Source of the DNA: Nitrosopumilus sp. K4
Lineage (GTDB): Archaea; Thermoproteota; Nitrososphaeria; Nitrososphaerales; Nitrosopumilaceae
Reading direction: 5' to 3'
Length of the DNA: 32,000 nucleotides
Assembly (NCBI RefSeq): GCF_018128925.1
Contig: NZ_CP067007.1
Location: 1,298,330 to 1,330,329 of the forward strand
The translations under genes and the position numbers were made by a program. The notes beneath the pieces were generated by a model. It made no database searches. It saw only the letters and a list, made by a program, of their open reading frames with translations, and had not been told where the DNA came from. Position 1 is the first letter of the stretch. Each line of letters begins with the position of its first letter. Positions 16,519-24,788 of the stretch are shown piece after piece.

Positions 16519-17121
16519 TTAGTTGTGAGCTTTTGCTTCAATTTCACTGTACTTTTCTAGTATTGCTGTAAGTGCAGTTGAAACTGGTACATCATTCATC
16601 TTTTTCTTTTCGGCAAGAAGTTTTTGATATGCATCTAGTGTGATGTATACTGGAATTGAGCCATTTCCTTCAAGCAATCCTCTTACATTGAAAAGAGCGG
16701 TTTCCATACCTCTTTCAGCAGACTTTGCAAATTTTGCTTTATCCATGATTGCTCCTAATGGACCAAATGGCATTTCATAATCTACTGTCATGGTTACTCT
16801 GGTAAGATTATCACCAAGCGATTTGAATTCATTGGTAATTTGCCAGTGCTTGAATGGACCTTCAATTTGTTTGGCAGAAATTTTTTCATTTCTAACAAAT
16901 TCAATTGTTTCACAATCCCATTCGAGACGTTTGCCGCTAAAGTCACCGATTATTCTAAATGTTGTTCCAACACCCATACCTTCTTTGATGTCCATTGGGA
17001 CTACAGTCATTCCTACTGCATCAGTTTTGATTTGATCAGAAACATGTTCTGGTCTTGCAAAGTAGGTAAAAACATTCTCTACAGGTGTCTTAATATCGAT
17101 TGATTTTGTTACGACGGTCAA
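16519..17121 (-). CDS. SRPBCC (START/polyketide-cyclase-like) domain protein with helical C-terminal tail
   Basis: 200 aa with a TTG start. The opening SIDIKTPVENVFTYFARPEHV and overall length are typical of the SRPBCC ligand-binding fold. The C-terminal 50 aa are extra. Confidence 0.6.
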   Translation of the reverse strand: MTVVTKSIDIKTPVENVFTYFARPEHVSDQIKTDAVGMTVVPMDIKEGMGVGTTFRIIGDFSGKRLEWDCETIEFVRNEKISAKQIEGPFKHWQITNEFKSLGDNLTRVTMTVDYEMPFGPLGAIMDKAKFAKSAERGMETALFNVRGLLEGNGSIPVYITLDAYQKLLAEKKKMNDVPVSTALTAILEKYSEIEAKAHN

Positions 17122-17216
17122 CGATTCAATGTCTTGCCAATAAGGATTTAAAGGTTTTGAAGATTTCTCGTTGTAAATTGATTAACACTATATTCTTCTA
17201 ACAATAATGCAACAAT

Positions 17217-17741
17217 GTGAAAAAATTGCGATCAGTCGTTTTTTTGGTTTTCCTGGTGTTTTCCACAATACCAATTTTCTCTGAGGCCTATGCTCATTCC
17301 ATGTTTAATTCGGCTGAACAATTTCTAGGGGGGTACAGGGTCCAAGTTGCAACACTTCCTGAATTTCCACAGATAGGAGAAACATCACAGATTCTGTTTA
17401 GAGTTACAGATGAAAATTATGAGGAAGTTGACAGGTTTACCATGGGGGTCAGATTCTTCTATAATGACCAGCAGATTGATGCAATTCCACCAAAATCACA
17501 TGAAGCTGGGCACTATGAAGTGGATTATGTATGGGAAAATTCAGGAAACCACATTGTTCGTGTAGATTTATACGATATGGGAGGAAATTCAGGAGTTTTG
17601 ACTTATGCATTTAACATGAGTACTCAAAGTCCGTTTGGATACATTTTCATTATCGCAATTACTATAGGTGCACTTACTCTAGGTGTAGTAGTAGCATATA
17701 TCTACATTCCAAAAATTCTTAAATCCAAAACTAAAGCTTAG
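17217..17741 (+). CDS. Secreted, C-terminally anchored beta-sandwich protein (FixH/YtkA-like pattern) next to the oxidase operon
   Basis: 174 aa with a GTG start. The signal peptide ends EAYA, so the mature N-terminus would be HSMF. The C-terminal tripartite tail is SPFG + TM helix + KILKSKTKA. Confidence 0.6.
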   Translation: MKKLRSVVFLVFLVFSTIPIFSEAYAHSMFNSAEQFLGGYRVQVATLPEFPQIGETSQILFRVTDENYEEVDRFTMGVRFFYNDQQIDAIPPKSHEAGHYEVDYVWENSGNHIVRVDLYDMGGNSGVLTYAFNMSTQSPFGYIFIIAITIGALTLGVVVAYIYIPKILKSKTKA

Positions 17742-18174
17742 CTTTTATCGGATTTTTTGCAATTCTAAATGCAAACAGCGTTGTCAGTAATACCATAGAG
17801 AACAACAATATTCCCACTCCAAGATGAATAGCAACCAGAACTGCATGAAGTTTTAGATCAATAACTAGAGCACCTAATGTAATTTGTGTGATTACTAGTG
17901 CAGAAGCTAAAGTGCTTGTAAATTTAATTTTTTTATCAGCTCTTTTGTTCAACCAACTTGCAATCATTGTAGCAGCTACTAAACTTGCAGTGGTTGCAGC
18001 AACAAGACGATGAATCCATTCAATAAGGTATTCATCACTTGGCATAATTCCATCTGGACATAAAGGCCATTCAGGACATGTTAATCCAAGTCCAGCTGCC
18101 GAAACATAACCTCCAACAAACATTAGAGAGTACAAAACGATAAGAGTTGCTAGTGCAAGATATTGAATTGCCAA
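17731..18174 (-). CDS. ctaA: Heme A synthase, compact 4-TM archaeal type
   Basis: 147 aa with four TM helices. Paired Cys loop LTCPEWPLCPDG, plus His residues in EWIHRLVA and LVAIHLGVG. Resembles half of bacterial CtaA/Cox15. Confidence 0.75.
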   Translation of the reverse strand: MAIQYLALATLIVLYSLMFVGGYVSAAGLGLTCPEWPLCPDGIMPSDEYLIEWIHRLVAATTASLVAATMIASWLNKRADKKIKFTSTLASALVITQITLGALVIDLKLHAVLVAIHLGVGILLFSMVLLTTLFAFRIAKNPIKAKL

Positions 18175-18176
18175 GT

Positions 18177-19139
18177 TTATTCTACTATGAATGAGCCTTG
18201 CATTCCTTGTAATGCATGTCCTGGAACAGTACAGATGTAATAGTAAGTTCCTGGTGCACCTGCAGTAAAAGTAGTTTCTCCACTTTCACCAGGTTTTAAC
18301 GGATTGGTTGCTGCTGCAATCTCTGATCCCCAAAGTACATTGTTAAAGTCTTCAGGATTGGAAACAATGCCAAATGAATGGAATGATTTTCCTTTGTTTG
18401 TAGCAGTAAATGTAATTTCATCACCAGAGTTTACTACAAAGTCAGGATTGTGTCCTTCTTCACCAGGTAATGCATTAAATGCCAATGTTCTAAAGTCTGA
18501 AGATTCCACGAAATCAACGCTAAAGTCATGATGTACTCCAGTTGGGGCTGCGGCTTTGGCAGTTGAACCACCGGATTTAGCAGGACCAACGATAATTTCA
18601 CCTACCATTCCTTGTTCTCTGTGTCCTGGAACAGTACAGATGTAATAGTAAGTTCCCTCCTCACCTGGAATGAATTTTGACGTGCCACTTTCGCCTGGTT
18701 TTAGGGGACTTGATGCGCTTCCAATTTCAGAGCCCGAGATAATTCCAGAAAATCCTTCTTCTGCTTTGGTTACACCAAATGCATGGAATGATTTCCCATC
18801 ATTAACCAAACTGAAATTAATTTCATCACCAACATTTACATTAATTGTTGGATTGCTTCCTTCGTCACCAGGTAATGCATTAAATGCCAATGTTCTAAAG
18901 TCTGAAGACTCTATAAATGATAATTCAACTGCATGATGAACTCCGGAAAATGCAGCTTGAACGTCATGTTCAGTAGTTTCACTCATCATTCCAACAACAG
19001 GTGCGGGAGAAGATGTCCAATAGTCCCACATGCTAAAGAAGATTGCACCGCCAACGATACAAATGCCTAGCATAATTGCCATCATTTTACCAGTTCTGGC
19101 AGTTGTTGTCCTGTAAATTGTTTCGTTATTTTGACTCAT
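18177..19139 (-). CDS. Membrane-anchored blue copper protein with two plastocyanin-like cupredoxin domains
   Basis: 320 aa with an N-terminal TM helix. Two type-1 Cu motifs: KSFHAFGV...YYYICTVPGHREQGM and KSFHSFGI...YYYICTVPGHALQGM. Confidence 0.88.
   Translation of the reverse strand: MSQNNETIYRTTTARTGKMMAIMLGICIVGGAIFFSMWDYWTSSPAPVVGMMSETTEHDVQAAFSGVHHAVELSFIESSDFRTLAFNALPGDEGSNPTINVNVGDEINFSLVNDGKSFHAFGVTKAEEGFSGIISGSEIGSASSPLKPGESGTSKFIPGEEGTYYYICTVPGHREQGMVGEIIVGPAKSGGSTAKAAAPTGVHHDFSVDFVESSDFRTLAFNALPGEEGHNPDFVVNSGDEITFTATNKGKSFHSFGIVSNPEDFNNVLWGSEIAAATNPLKPGESGETTFTAGAPGTYYYICTVPGHALQGMQGSFIVE
18217..18908 (-). repeat. Internal tandem duplication of the cupredoxin module (period 405 nt = 135 codons) containing two perfectly identical DNA patches
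   Basis: Base-by-base comparison: the 35-nt patch 18217-18251 equals 18622-18656, and the 44-nt patch 18460-18503 equals 18865-18908. Both are offset by exactly 405 nt. Confidence 0.9.
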
Positions 19140-19151
19140 TTCTTTTATCTC

Positions 19152-20678
19152 CTAATGATGTGGGTTCTTTTGTTCGAACGGATAATAGTATTTGCCGCCA
19201 AGACCAAATGGGTCATCTGGATTGGCAGGCTTACCTTTTCCTGAACTGTAAATTATGTTACCCAAGAAGATTGCCATGCTGACACCAATAATCATTGCAC
19301 CTATTGTTGCAATTTGGTTCATTGCAATCCATTCTGGGATTGGTGGATAATCAAAAATTCTTCTTGGCATGCCATACAGTCCAAGAACGTGTTGTGTAAA
19401 GAATACCAAGATGGTACCAATGAAAGACAATACAAAGTGTGTAACCCCTAATTTTTCGTTGTACATTCTTCCTGTTACATATGGGAACATGTAGTAAAGA
19501 TAGCCAATTGAACCAAATGCGATTGTACCCATGACAAATAGGTGGAAGTGTCCAACTACCCAGTATGTGTCGTGAGTTGAAAAGTCCAAAGGCATGGCAC
19601 TGTTTACAACACCACCTGCTCCTGCTGAGAAGAATAATGCAATTCCACCAACTGCCCACATCATTGGGGTTGCAAATCTAATTCTGCCATTCCACATTGT
19701 TGCAATGAAGTTAAAGACGTGCATTGCAGAGGCTGGAACTGCTGCTAATGTTCCTACCATGAATACTGTCTTTTCAGTAAAGGACATTCCTGTTGCATAC
19801 ATGTGATGAGCCCATGATGAAAAGCTGACAATAGATAACAAGACAAATGCAAAGACACCAGAACTGTGGCTGAAGATGGGTTTTCTTGAAAATCTTGGAA
19901 TGATTTCATACATCATACCTATTGCGGGAATAACAAGTACGTATACTTCAGGATGGAAAGTAAACCAGAATAAGTGTGCATAAGCGATTGGGTCACCACC
20001 CATTGCAGGGTTGAAGAATCCTGTAACTCCAAGTCTGTCTGTAAGTAACATCAAAAGTGCTGCGGCAAATGTTGGAATTGCAACAAGTACAATTAATGAT
20101 GAAGACAAGAATGACCATGCTAACAATGGCACCTGACCAATTGACATGTCAGGATGCTTACATTTTAGAATTGTGACAATGAAGTTAATTGCGCCAAGGA
20201 CTGAAGAGATTCCCAGAATCTTTAGTCCGAAAATCCACATATCTGCAGCTGGACCTGGGGCGCTGATGATAGAATAGGGAGGAGTTGCATACCATGTAAA
20301 GTCTGCAAAGCCCAGCCAAATTAGTGCACCACCAGGAGGAATCATCCAAAATGCAATTGCATTAAGTTTTGGATATGCCATGTCTTTGTATCTAACCATA
20401 ATTGGAACAAAGTAGTTACCAACAGCTGATGCAAATGGCAATAAGAATAAGAAGATGAGAGTAGTTCCGTGAACGGTAAACATTCTGTTAAAGGTCATTG
20501 CATCAGCGATGAATTGTGCTCCTGGCAAAAATAATTCGGCACGAATTGCAAGTGCAAGTGCACCACCTAAAAACAAGAATCCCAGTGACATGATAAGATA
20601 AAGCAATCCCACATCAGTGTGATGTGTTGAGAACATTATTTGCCAAATGGGTCGTGGTTTTTGTAATTCTAGAACCAT
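19152..20678 (-). CDS. coxA: Heme-copper oxidase subunit I
   Basis: 508 aa with 12 TM helices. Canonical blocks include WFTFHPEVYVLVIP (CuB His/Tyr region) and HHMYATG / VVGHFHLFV (heme and CuB His ligands). Confidence 0.93.
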   Translation of the reverse strand: MVLELQKPRPIWQIMFSTHHTDVGLLYLIMSLGFLFLGGALALAIRAELFLPGAQFIADAMTFNRMFTVHGTTLIFLFLLPFASAVGNYFVPIMVRYKDMAYPKLNAIAFWMIPPGGALIWLGFADFTWYATPPYSIISAPGPAADMWIFGLKILGISSVLGAINFIVTILKCKHPDMSIGQVPLLAWSFLSSSLIVLVAIPTFAAALLMLLTDRLGVTGFFNPAMGGDPIAYAHLFWFTFHPEVYVLVIPAIGMMYEIIPRFSRKPIFSHSSGVFAFVLLSIVSFSSWAHHMYATGMSFTEKTVFMVGTLAAVPASAMHVFNFIATMWNGRIRFATPMMWAVGGIALFFSAGAGGVVNSAMPLDFSTHDTYWVVGHFHLFVMGTIAFGSIGYLYYMFPYVTGRMYNEKLGVTHFVLSFIGTILVFFTQHVLGLYGMPRRIFDYPPIPEWIAMNQIATIGAMIIGVSMAIFLGNIIYSSGKGKPANPDDPFGLGGKYYYPFEQKNPHH

Positions 20679-20721
20679 TAGATAGTCTCCTCACTTGAAA
20701 TTACAGATAAATGTCTTAGCA

Positions 20722-21153
20722 TCAAGATGATGGCTCCTCCACAATTAGTTTTCCTCTCATGTTATAGTGAATCAAACCACAATATTCTCTGCATTGGATA
20801 TCATGTTCGCCTGCTTTGTCAGGTGCAAACCAAACTGTGTTAACTCTGCCTGGAACTGCATCCATTAAAACAACATAATCATGAATATTAAAAGAGTGAT
20901 TGACGTCTTTGGCAGTTACCTCAAACTTGTATGCTTTTCCAGCTTCTACATGTAACTCACCAATTTCTTTAGTTCCATCCTCATGTTCAAAAGTCCAGAA
21001 CCATTGTTGTCCAGTTACTTTGATAACCTCAGCATCAGCAGGAACGTGCTCAACTAGTCTTTCAACGTTCCATGCTTCTCCACCAACCCAGCACAATAAT
21101 GCAATTACGATTCCAATGTAGATCCATTCAGGCCAGTTAGAGTGTCCACCCAT
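20722..21153 (-). CDS. coxB: Heme-copper oxidase subunit II, TM2 + CuA cupredoxin domain
   Basis: 143 aa. CuA motif H...CREYCGLIHYNM (C-x-E-x-C-G-x2-H-x2-M). One N-terminal TM helix. Confidence 0.88.
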   Translation of the reverse strand: MGGHSNWPEWIYIGIVIALLCWVGGEAWNVERLVEHVPADAEVIKVTGQQWFWTFEHEDGTKEIGELHVEAGKAYKFEVTAKDVNHSFNIHDYVVLMDAVPGRVNTVWFAPDKAGEHDIQCREYCGLIHYNMRGKLIVEEPSS

Positions 21154-21156
21154 TTT

Positions 21157-21420
21157 CTACCATACTCCTTCCTTTTCATATGGTGTTGGAGTAGCTTTTG
21201 GATGCGATTCTCTGAATCTCCAAACCAACCAAATCATGGTACCAGAAACTACTGCACCAACAGTAAATGCAACAGTCATCATTCTAAAGAATAAATTCCA
21301 AATCAAAACACGTCGATCTACATATTCGCCTGGTTCATCACCTGCAGCTAAAGCATAATCAGCTACTGGAATGATTACTAAAATTGCAAATACTAAGAAC
21401 AGACCGACCATACTCTTCAT
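21157..21420 (-). CDS. Small membrane protein (signal/TM + TM) resembling the missing N-terminal part of subunit II
   Basis: 87 aa. It is in the same reading frame as coxB and separated from its ATG only by TAG-AAA (21154-21159). Confidence 0.6.
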   Translation of the reverse strand: MKSMVGLFLVFAILVIIPVADYALAAGDEPGEYVDRRVLIWNLFFRMMTVAFTVGAVVSGTMIWLVWRFRESHPKATPTPYEKEGVW

Positions 21421-21474
21421 TAGCGTGACTGACGTGACCTTTGATTTCTATTTAAGGGTTTTCAAGATTATTAG

Positions 21475-22098
21475 CTACCAATCCTGATCGAATCTGGATG
21501 GATGCATTACGTTAAGTCCAGATACTGAGAACATACGTTGGTATTCTCTAAATATATTCAAAGATGCATTTGCTATAATCAGCTCATATAGATTCTTTGG
21601 AGACAGATCAACTATTGTTGCAAGCATTGCCTTGATAGGATCCATATGGGTTACAAGGACCACATTTTCATCAGGATGATTTTCTAGAACATCATCTACA
21701 ATTCCCAATACACGTTTTTTGACCTGATCAAAAGTTTCTACGCCATTATGTGCAATTTCTAGTTCACCGTTATAGAATTTCATGAACACGTTTCCATGAC
21801 TTGAAAAAATTTCATCATAAGGCATTCCAGTAAATTTTCCCATGTCCAACTCAATTAATCGCTCGTCAATTCTAACATCAACTGAATTATGTTTTCCAAC
21901 TATTTCTGCAGTGTTTTTTGCTCTTTCAATAGGACTTGAATAAATTGCCGAAATGTTCATGTGTTCTAAAAATTCAGCTGCCTTTTGGGCCTGATCTACT
22001 CCTTTGTCTGTCAAAGGGATTCCAGGGGTTCTACCTGCAAGAATTCTTTCAGTATTATTTTTTGCCTGTCCATGTCTAAGAAATATTATTGATCCCAA
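21475..22098 (-). CDS. Histidine phosphatase family protein (phosphoglycerate mutase-like)
   Basis: 207 aa. N-terminal FLRHGQA (RHG catalytic motif), a later SSPIERA block and a C-terminal THM His. Confidence 0.8.
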   Translation of the reverse strand: MGSIIFLRHGQAKNNTERILAGRTPGIPLTDKGVDQAQKAAEFLEHMNISAIYSSPIERAKNTAEIVGKHNSVDVRIDERLIELDMGKFTGMPYDEIFSSHGNVFMKFYNGELEIAHNGVETFDQVKKRVLGIVDDVLENHPDENVVLVTHMDPIKAMLATIVDLSPKNLYELIIANASLNIFREYQRMFSVSGLNVMHPSRFDQDW

Positions 22099-22149
22099 CT
22101 ATACCGCATCTCAAATAGAGATAATAATAACATTATCAGAACAAAGTAC

Positions 22150-22821
22150 ATGAAAGTAGGAATTATTGGTGGAACAGGAGGAATGGGGAAAGGTTTTGCT
22201 CTTAGATGGTCTCTTAATCACGATGTCATTGTAGGTTCCAGAGATGCTGCAAGAGCATCATCATCAGCAACGGAATACACAAATCTTGCAAAAGAAGCAT
22301 TTGGAGAAATTAAAGGAAGCATTACTGGGAATGATAACATTTCTGTCGCAAAAGAAAGTGACGTTTTGGTTTTGTCAATCCCATATGAAAATATCGATAC
22401 AGTATGTTCAGAGATATTGCCTCAAACAAAAGATAGTTGTGTTGTAATATCACCAATAGTTCCAATGACCAAGACAGATGTTGGTTTTGAATTTATTCCA
22501 ATTAAAGAGAATAAACCATTTTCATATCAGTTAGTATCAAAGTATGTCAAGGACAAATCAAAATTAGTTTCAGCGTTTCATGTGATTTCTGAAAAGAAAC
22601 TTGTTAACCCAACACTAGAATTGGATTATGACATCTTTGTATGTGGCGATGATAAAGAATCAGTAGGTGTGGTGAATAGCTTGATTAATGAAATAAAGGG
22701 ACTAAGACCAATTTACTTGGGGCCCGGAGAGTTATCATACATGGCTGAAATTGCAACACCACTCTTGCTAAATGCAATGATTAGAAACAAGATAAAAAAT
22801 CCAGGAATCAAAATTATCTAA
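22150..22821 (+). CDS. npdG: NADPH-dependent F420 reductase-like oxidoreductase
   Basis: 223 aa. The Rossmann motif MKVGIIGGTGGMGKGFALRW and the length are typical of NpdG/F420-dependent NADP oxidoreductases. Confidence 0.7.
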   Translation: MKVGIIGGTGGMGKGFALRWSLNHDVIVGSRDAARASSSATEYTNLAKEAFGEIKGSITGNDNISVAKESDVLVLSIPYENIDTVCSEILPQTKDSCVVISPIVPMTKTDVGFEFIPIKENKPFSYQLVSKYVKDKSKLVSAFHVISEKKLVNPTLELDYDIFVCGDDKESVGVVNSLINEIKGLRPIYLGPGELSYMAEIATPLLLNAMIRNKIKNPGIKII

Positions 22822-22839
22822 GCATAATTTTGTAAAGTT

Positions 22840-23073
22840 ATGAGTCACGAATACTATCGACGTGGTAGAAATTGGTATACTGCAATTGGTGCTCTTTTTC
22901 TTATTAGTGCAGGAATTGTTATTGTCAGACAGCTGTTAATTTGGGGACCAGAGTTTATGATGGATTTTTTGGTAAATTCTGAAATAACAAATGAAAAAGT
23001 TTCAGTTGCAATGATAGGATTCGGGGTTTTTATGATAGCATTAGGTTTTAGAAAACATGAACAGCCGAGATAA
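22840..23073 (+). CDS. Hypothetical small membrane protein (2 TM)
   Basis: 77-aa ORF with two hydrophobic helices. It overlaps the next gene by 17 nt. Confidence 0.45.
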   Translation: MSHEYYRRGRNWYTAIGALFLISAGIVIVRQLLIWGPEFMMDFLVNSEITNEKVSVAMIGFGVFMIALGFRKHEQPR

Positions 23074-23458
23074 ATTTCTCAGAGAACAAAAAGTTTTACG
23101 GCTTGCAACCATAGGCAAGAACAAGACTCCTCATATTGTTCCTGTTTGGTACATGTATAGCTCAAAAAAAATCTACATAGGAACAAACACAAAAACTCAA
23201 AAAGCAAAAAATGTACAAAAGAATAAACGGGTTAGTTTTTGCATAGATGTCGGAGTCAATGCACCAAATATCTATGGTGTAATGGGACAAGGAAATGCAA
23301 GTTTGATTTTAGAGAACTCCAAAGTAAAAAGAATTGGAAAAAAAATTCTTCTCAGATATTTTGATACCATAGAAAATAAATCAGCAAAAGAATTACTTGA
23401 TGATACTGACTGTATTATTGAGATAATTCCTGAAAAATGGTCTATTTGGAATTATTGA
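23057..23458 (+). CDS. Pyridoxamine 5'-phosphate oxidase-family (split beta-barrel flavin/F420-binding) protein
   Basis: 133 aa. LRLATIGKNKTPHIVPVWYMY...IYIGTNTKTQKAKNVQKNKRVSF matches the PPOX-class N-terminal pattern. Confidence 0.7.
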   Translation: MNSRDKFLREQKVLRLATIGKNKTPHIVPVWYMYSSKKIYIGTNTKTQKAKNVQKNKRVSFCIDVGVNAPNIYGVMGQGNASLILENSKVKRIGKKILLRYFDTIENKSAKELLDDTDCIIEIIPEKWSIWNY

Positions 23459-24627
23459 CTTACGAACTCTTCAATCTTAGTCATTGCTGAATCAAGTGTT
23501 TCCAAACTTGGAAGATAAACTAGTCTAAAATGTCCACTACCATATTTTTCACCAAATCCAGAACCATGAACAGTTAGAACTCCTTTCGATTCCAAGAGTT
23601 TTGTAACAAATTCTTTGTCAGTTCCAAATCGATTGTCTTCAATTTTTGGAAATGCGTAAAAAGATCCCTTTGGGTTTGGACAAGAAAGTCCAGGTATTTC
23701 GTTTAGTCTTTTGATGACCAAGTCTCTACGTTGTTTTATTTCAGAAACAAATTTTGAGATGTAATCTTGAGATCCACGTAATGATTCAAGTGCAGCATGT
23801 TGTACTGGCAGGTTAGTAGCAATTCTAACCCGAGCAAGTTTAGGAAGGTTTTCTCGTAAATCATCTAGTTTAGAAGATTGATTAAATGCAATGTATCCAA
23901 TTCTCCATCCAGACATTAAATGAACTTTAGAAAAACCATTTAGGACAATTACTGGAGAATCACCAGCAACTTTGCCAATTCCTGTAAATTTTTCATCAAA
24001 GATAATTTGATCGTAGATTTCATCACAAATAATGTAGAGGTTGCTCTCATTTGCAATGTTTACAAGTTCCCTAAGTGAATTCTCATTAAATACAACCCCA
24101 GTAGGATTGTTTGGGCTGATTAAACAAATTGCAACAGTTTTTGAAGTAATCTTTTTTCGTATGTCTTCAATATCAGGAGTTGAATTTTCCAAGTCCACTG
24201 CAAATTCAACAGGCAGTCCTCCATGCAGTCTTACATAAGAAGCATATGGCGGATAGTAAGGACCCGGTAACAGAACCTCATCTCCTTCTTCAACAATTGA
24301 AGAAATTACCATATCAAGTCCTTCAGAAACACCATTTGTAACTAAGATATCATCAGAGTCAATTGATAGTCCCTTCACATTTTCCTTTTTTGCAATTTCA
24401 TTACGTAATTCAGCCAGTCCTTCTGATGTAGAATAATAGTTTTCGCCCCTGTTGATTGCATCGATCAAAGCTTGTTTTACATTATCAGGTGGTTGAAATC
24501 CAAATTGCACAGGATCACCAATGTTAAGATAGTCAACCTTCATTCCTTTTTGTTGAACTTTTCTTGCAGTTAGAACAATGTCTCTAATTGCATATTCAAC
24601 ACCTGCAACTTTTTTTGACACTTTCAT
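23452..24627 (-). CDS. Class I/II pyridoxal-phosphate aminotransferase (aspartate/alanine aminotransferase-like)
   Basis: PLP-Lys block GFSKVHLMSGWRIGY and the NPTG block. The start is set at ATG 24627 (MKVSKKVAGVEY), not the upstream track start at 24684. Confidence 0.88.
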   Translation of the reverse strand: MKVSKKVAGVEYAIRDIVLTARKVQQKGMKVDYLNIGDPVQFGFQPPDNVKQALIDAINRGENYYSTSEGLAELRNEIAKKENVKGLSIDSDDILVTNGVSEGLDMVISSIVEEGDEVLLPGPYYPPYASYVRLHGGLPVEFAVDLENSTPDIEDIRKKITSKTVAICLISPNNPTGVVFNENSLRELVNIANESNLYIICDEIYDQIIFDEKFTGIGKVAGDSPVIVLNGFSKVHLMSGWRIGYIAFNQSSKLDDLRENLPKLARVRIATNLPVQHAALESLRGSQDYISKFVSEIKQRRDLVIKRLNEIPGLSCPNPKGSFYAFPKIEDNRFGTDKEFVTKLLESKGVLTVHGSGFGEKYGSGHFRLVYLPSLETLDSAMTKIEEFVSQ

Positions 24628-24671
24628 TGTATCTAGACAGATTTTTAGGCCTGTTAAATTCTTACTTGTTT

Positions 24672-24746
24672 GGACTCGTAGCACAGTCTGGATAGTGCGG
24701 GCGGCTTCGAACCGCCAGGTCGAGGGATCGAAGCCCTCCGAGCCCT
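24672..24746 (+). tRNA. tRNA-Arg (anticodon UCG), with non-canonical features
   Basis: Hand-folded: acceptor GGACTCG/CGAGCCC (A3-C70 mismatch), D arm GCAC-AGTCTGGATA-GTGC, anticodon arm GGCGG-CTTCGAA-CCGCC, T arm GAGGG-ATCGAAG-CCCTC (A at position 54), 75 nt. Confidence 0.7.
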
Positions 24747-24788
24747 TTAGATTATCTTATTAAGCAAAAAATTTTCAAGAGAAATGAA

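Noticed and set aside
24628-24684. Upstream extension of the aminotransferase ORF (MLRVQTSKNLTGLKICLDT)
   Set aside because: It runs to within a few nt of, and partly into, the tRNA-Arg gene region. The aminotransferase fold begins at MKVSKKVAGVEY (ATG 24627).
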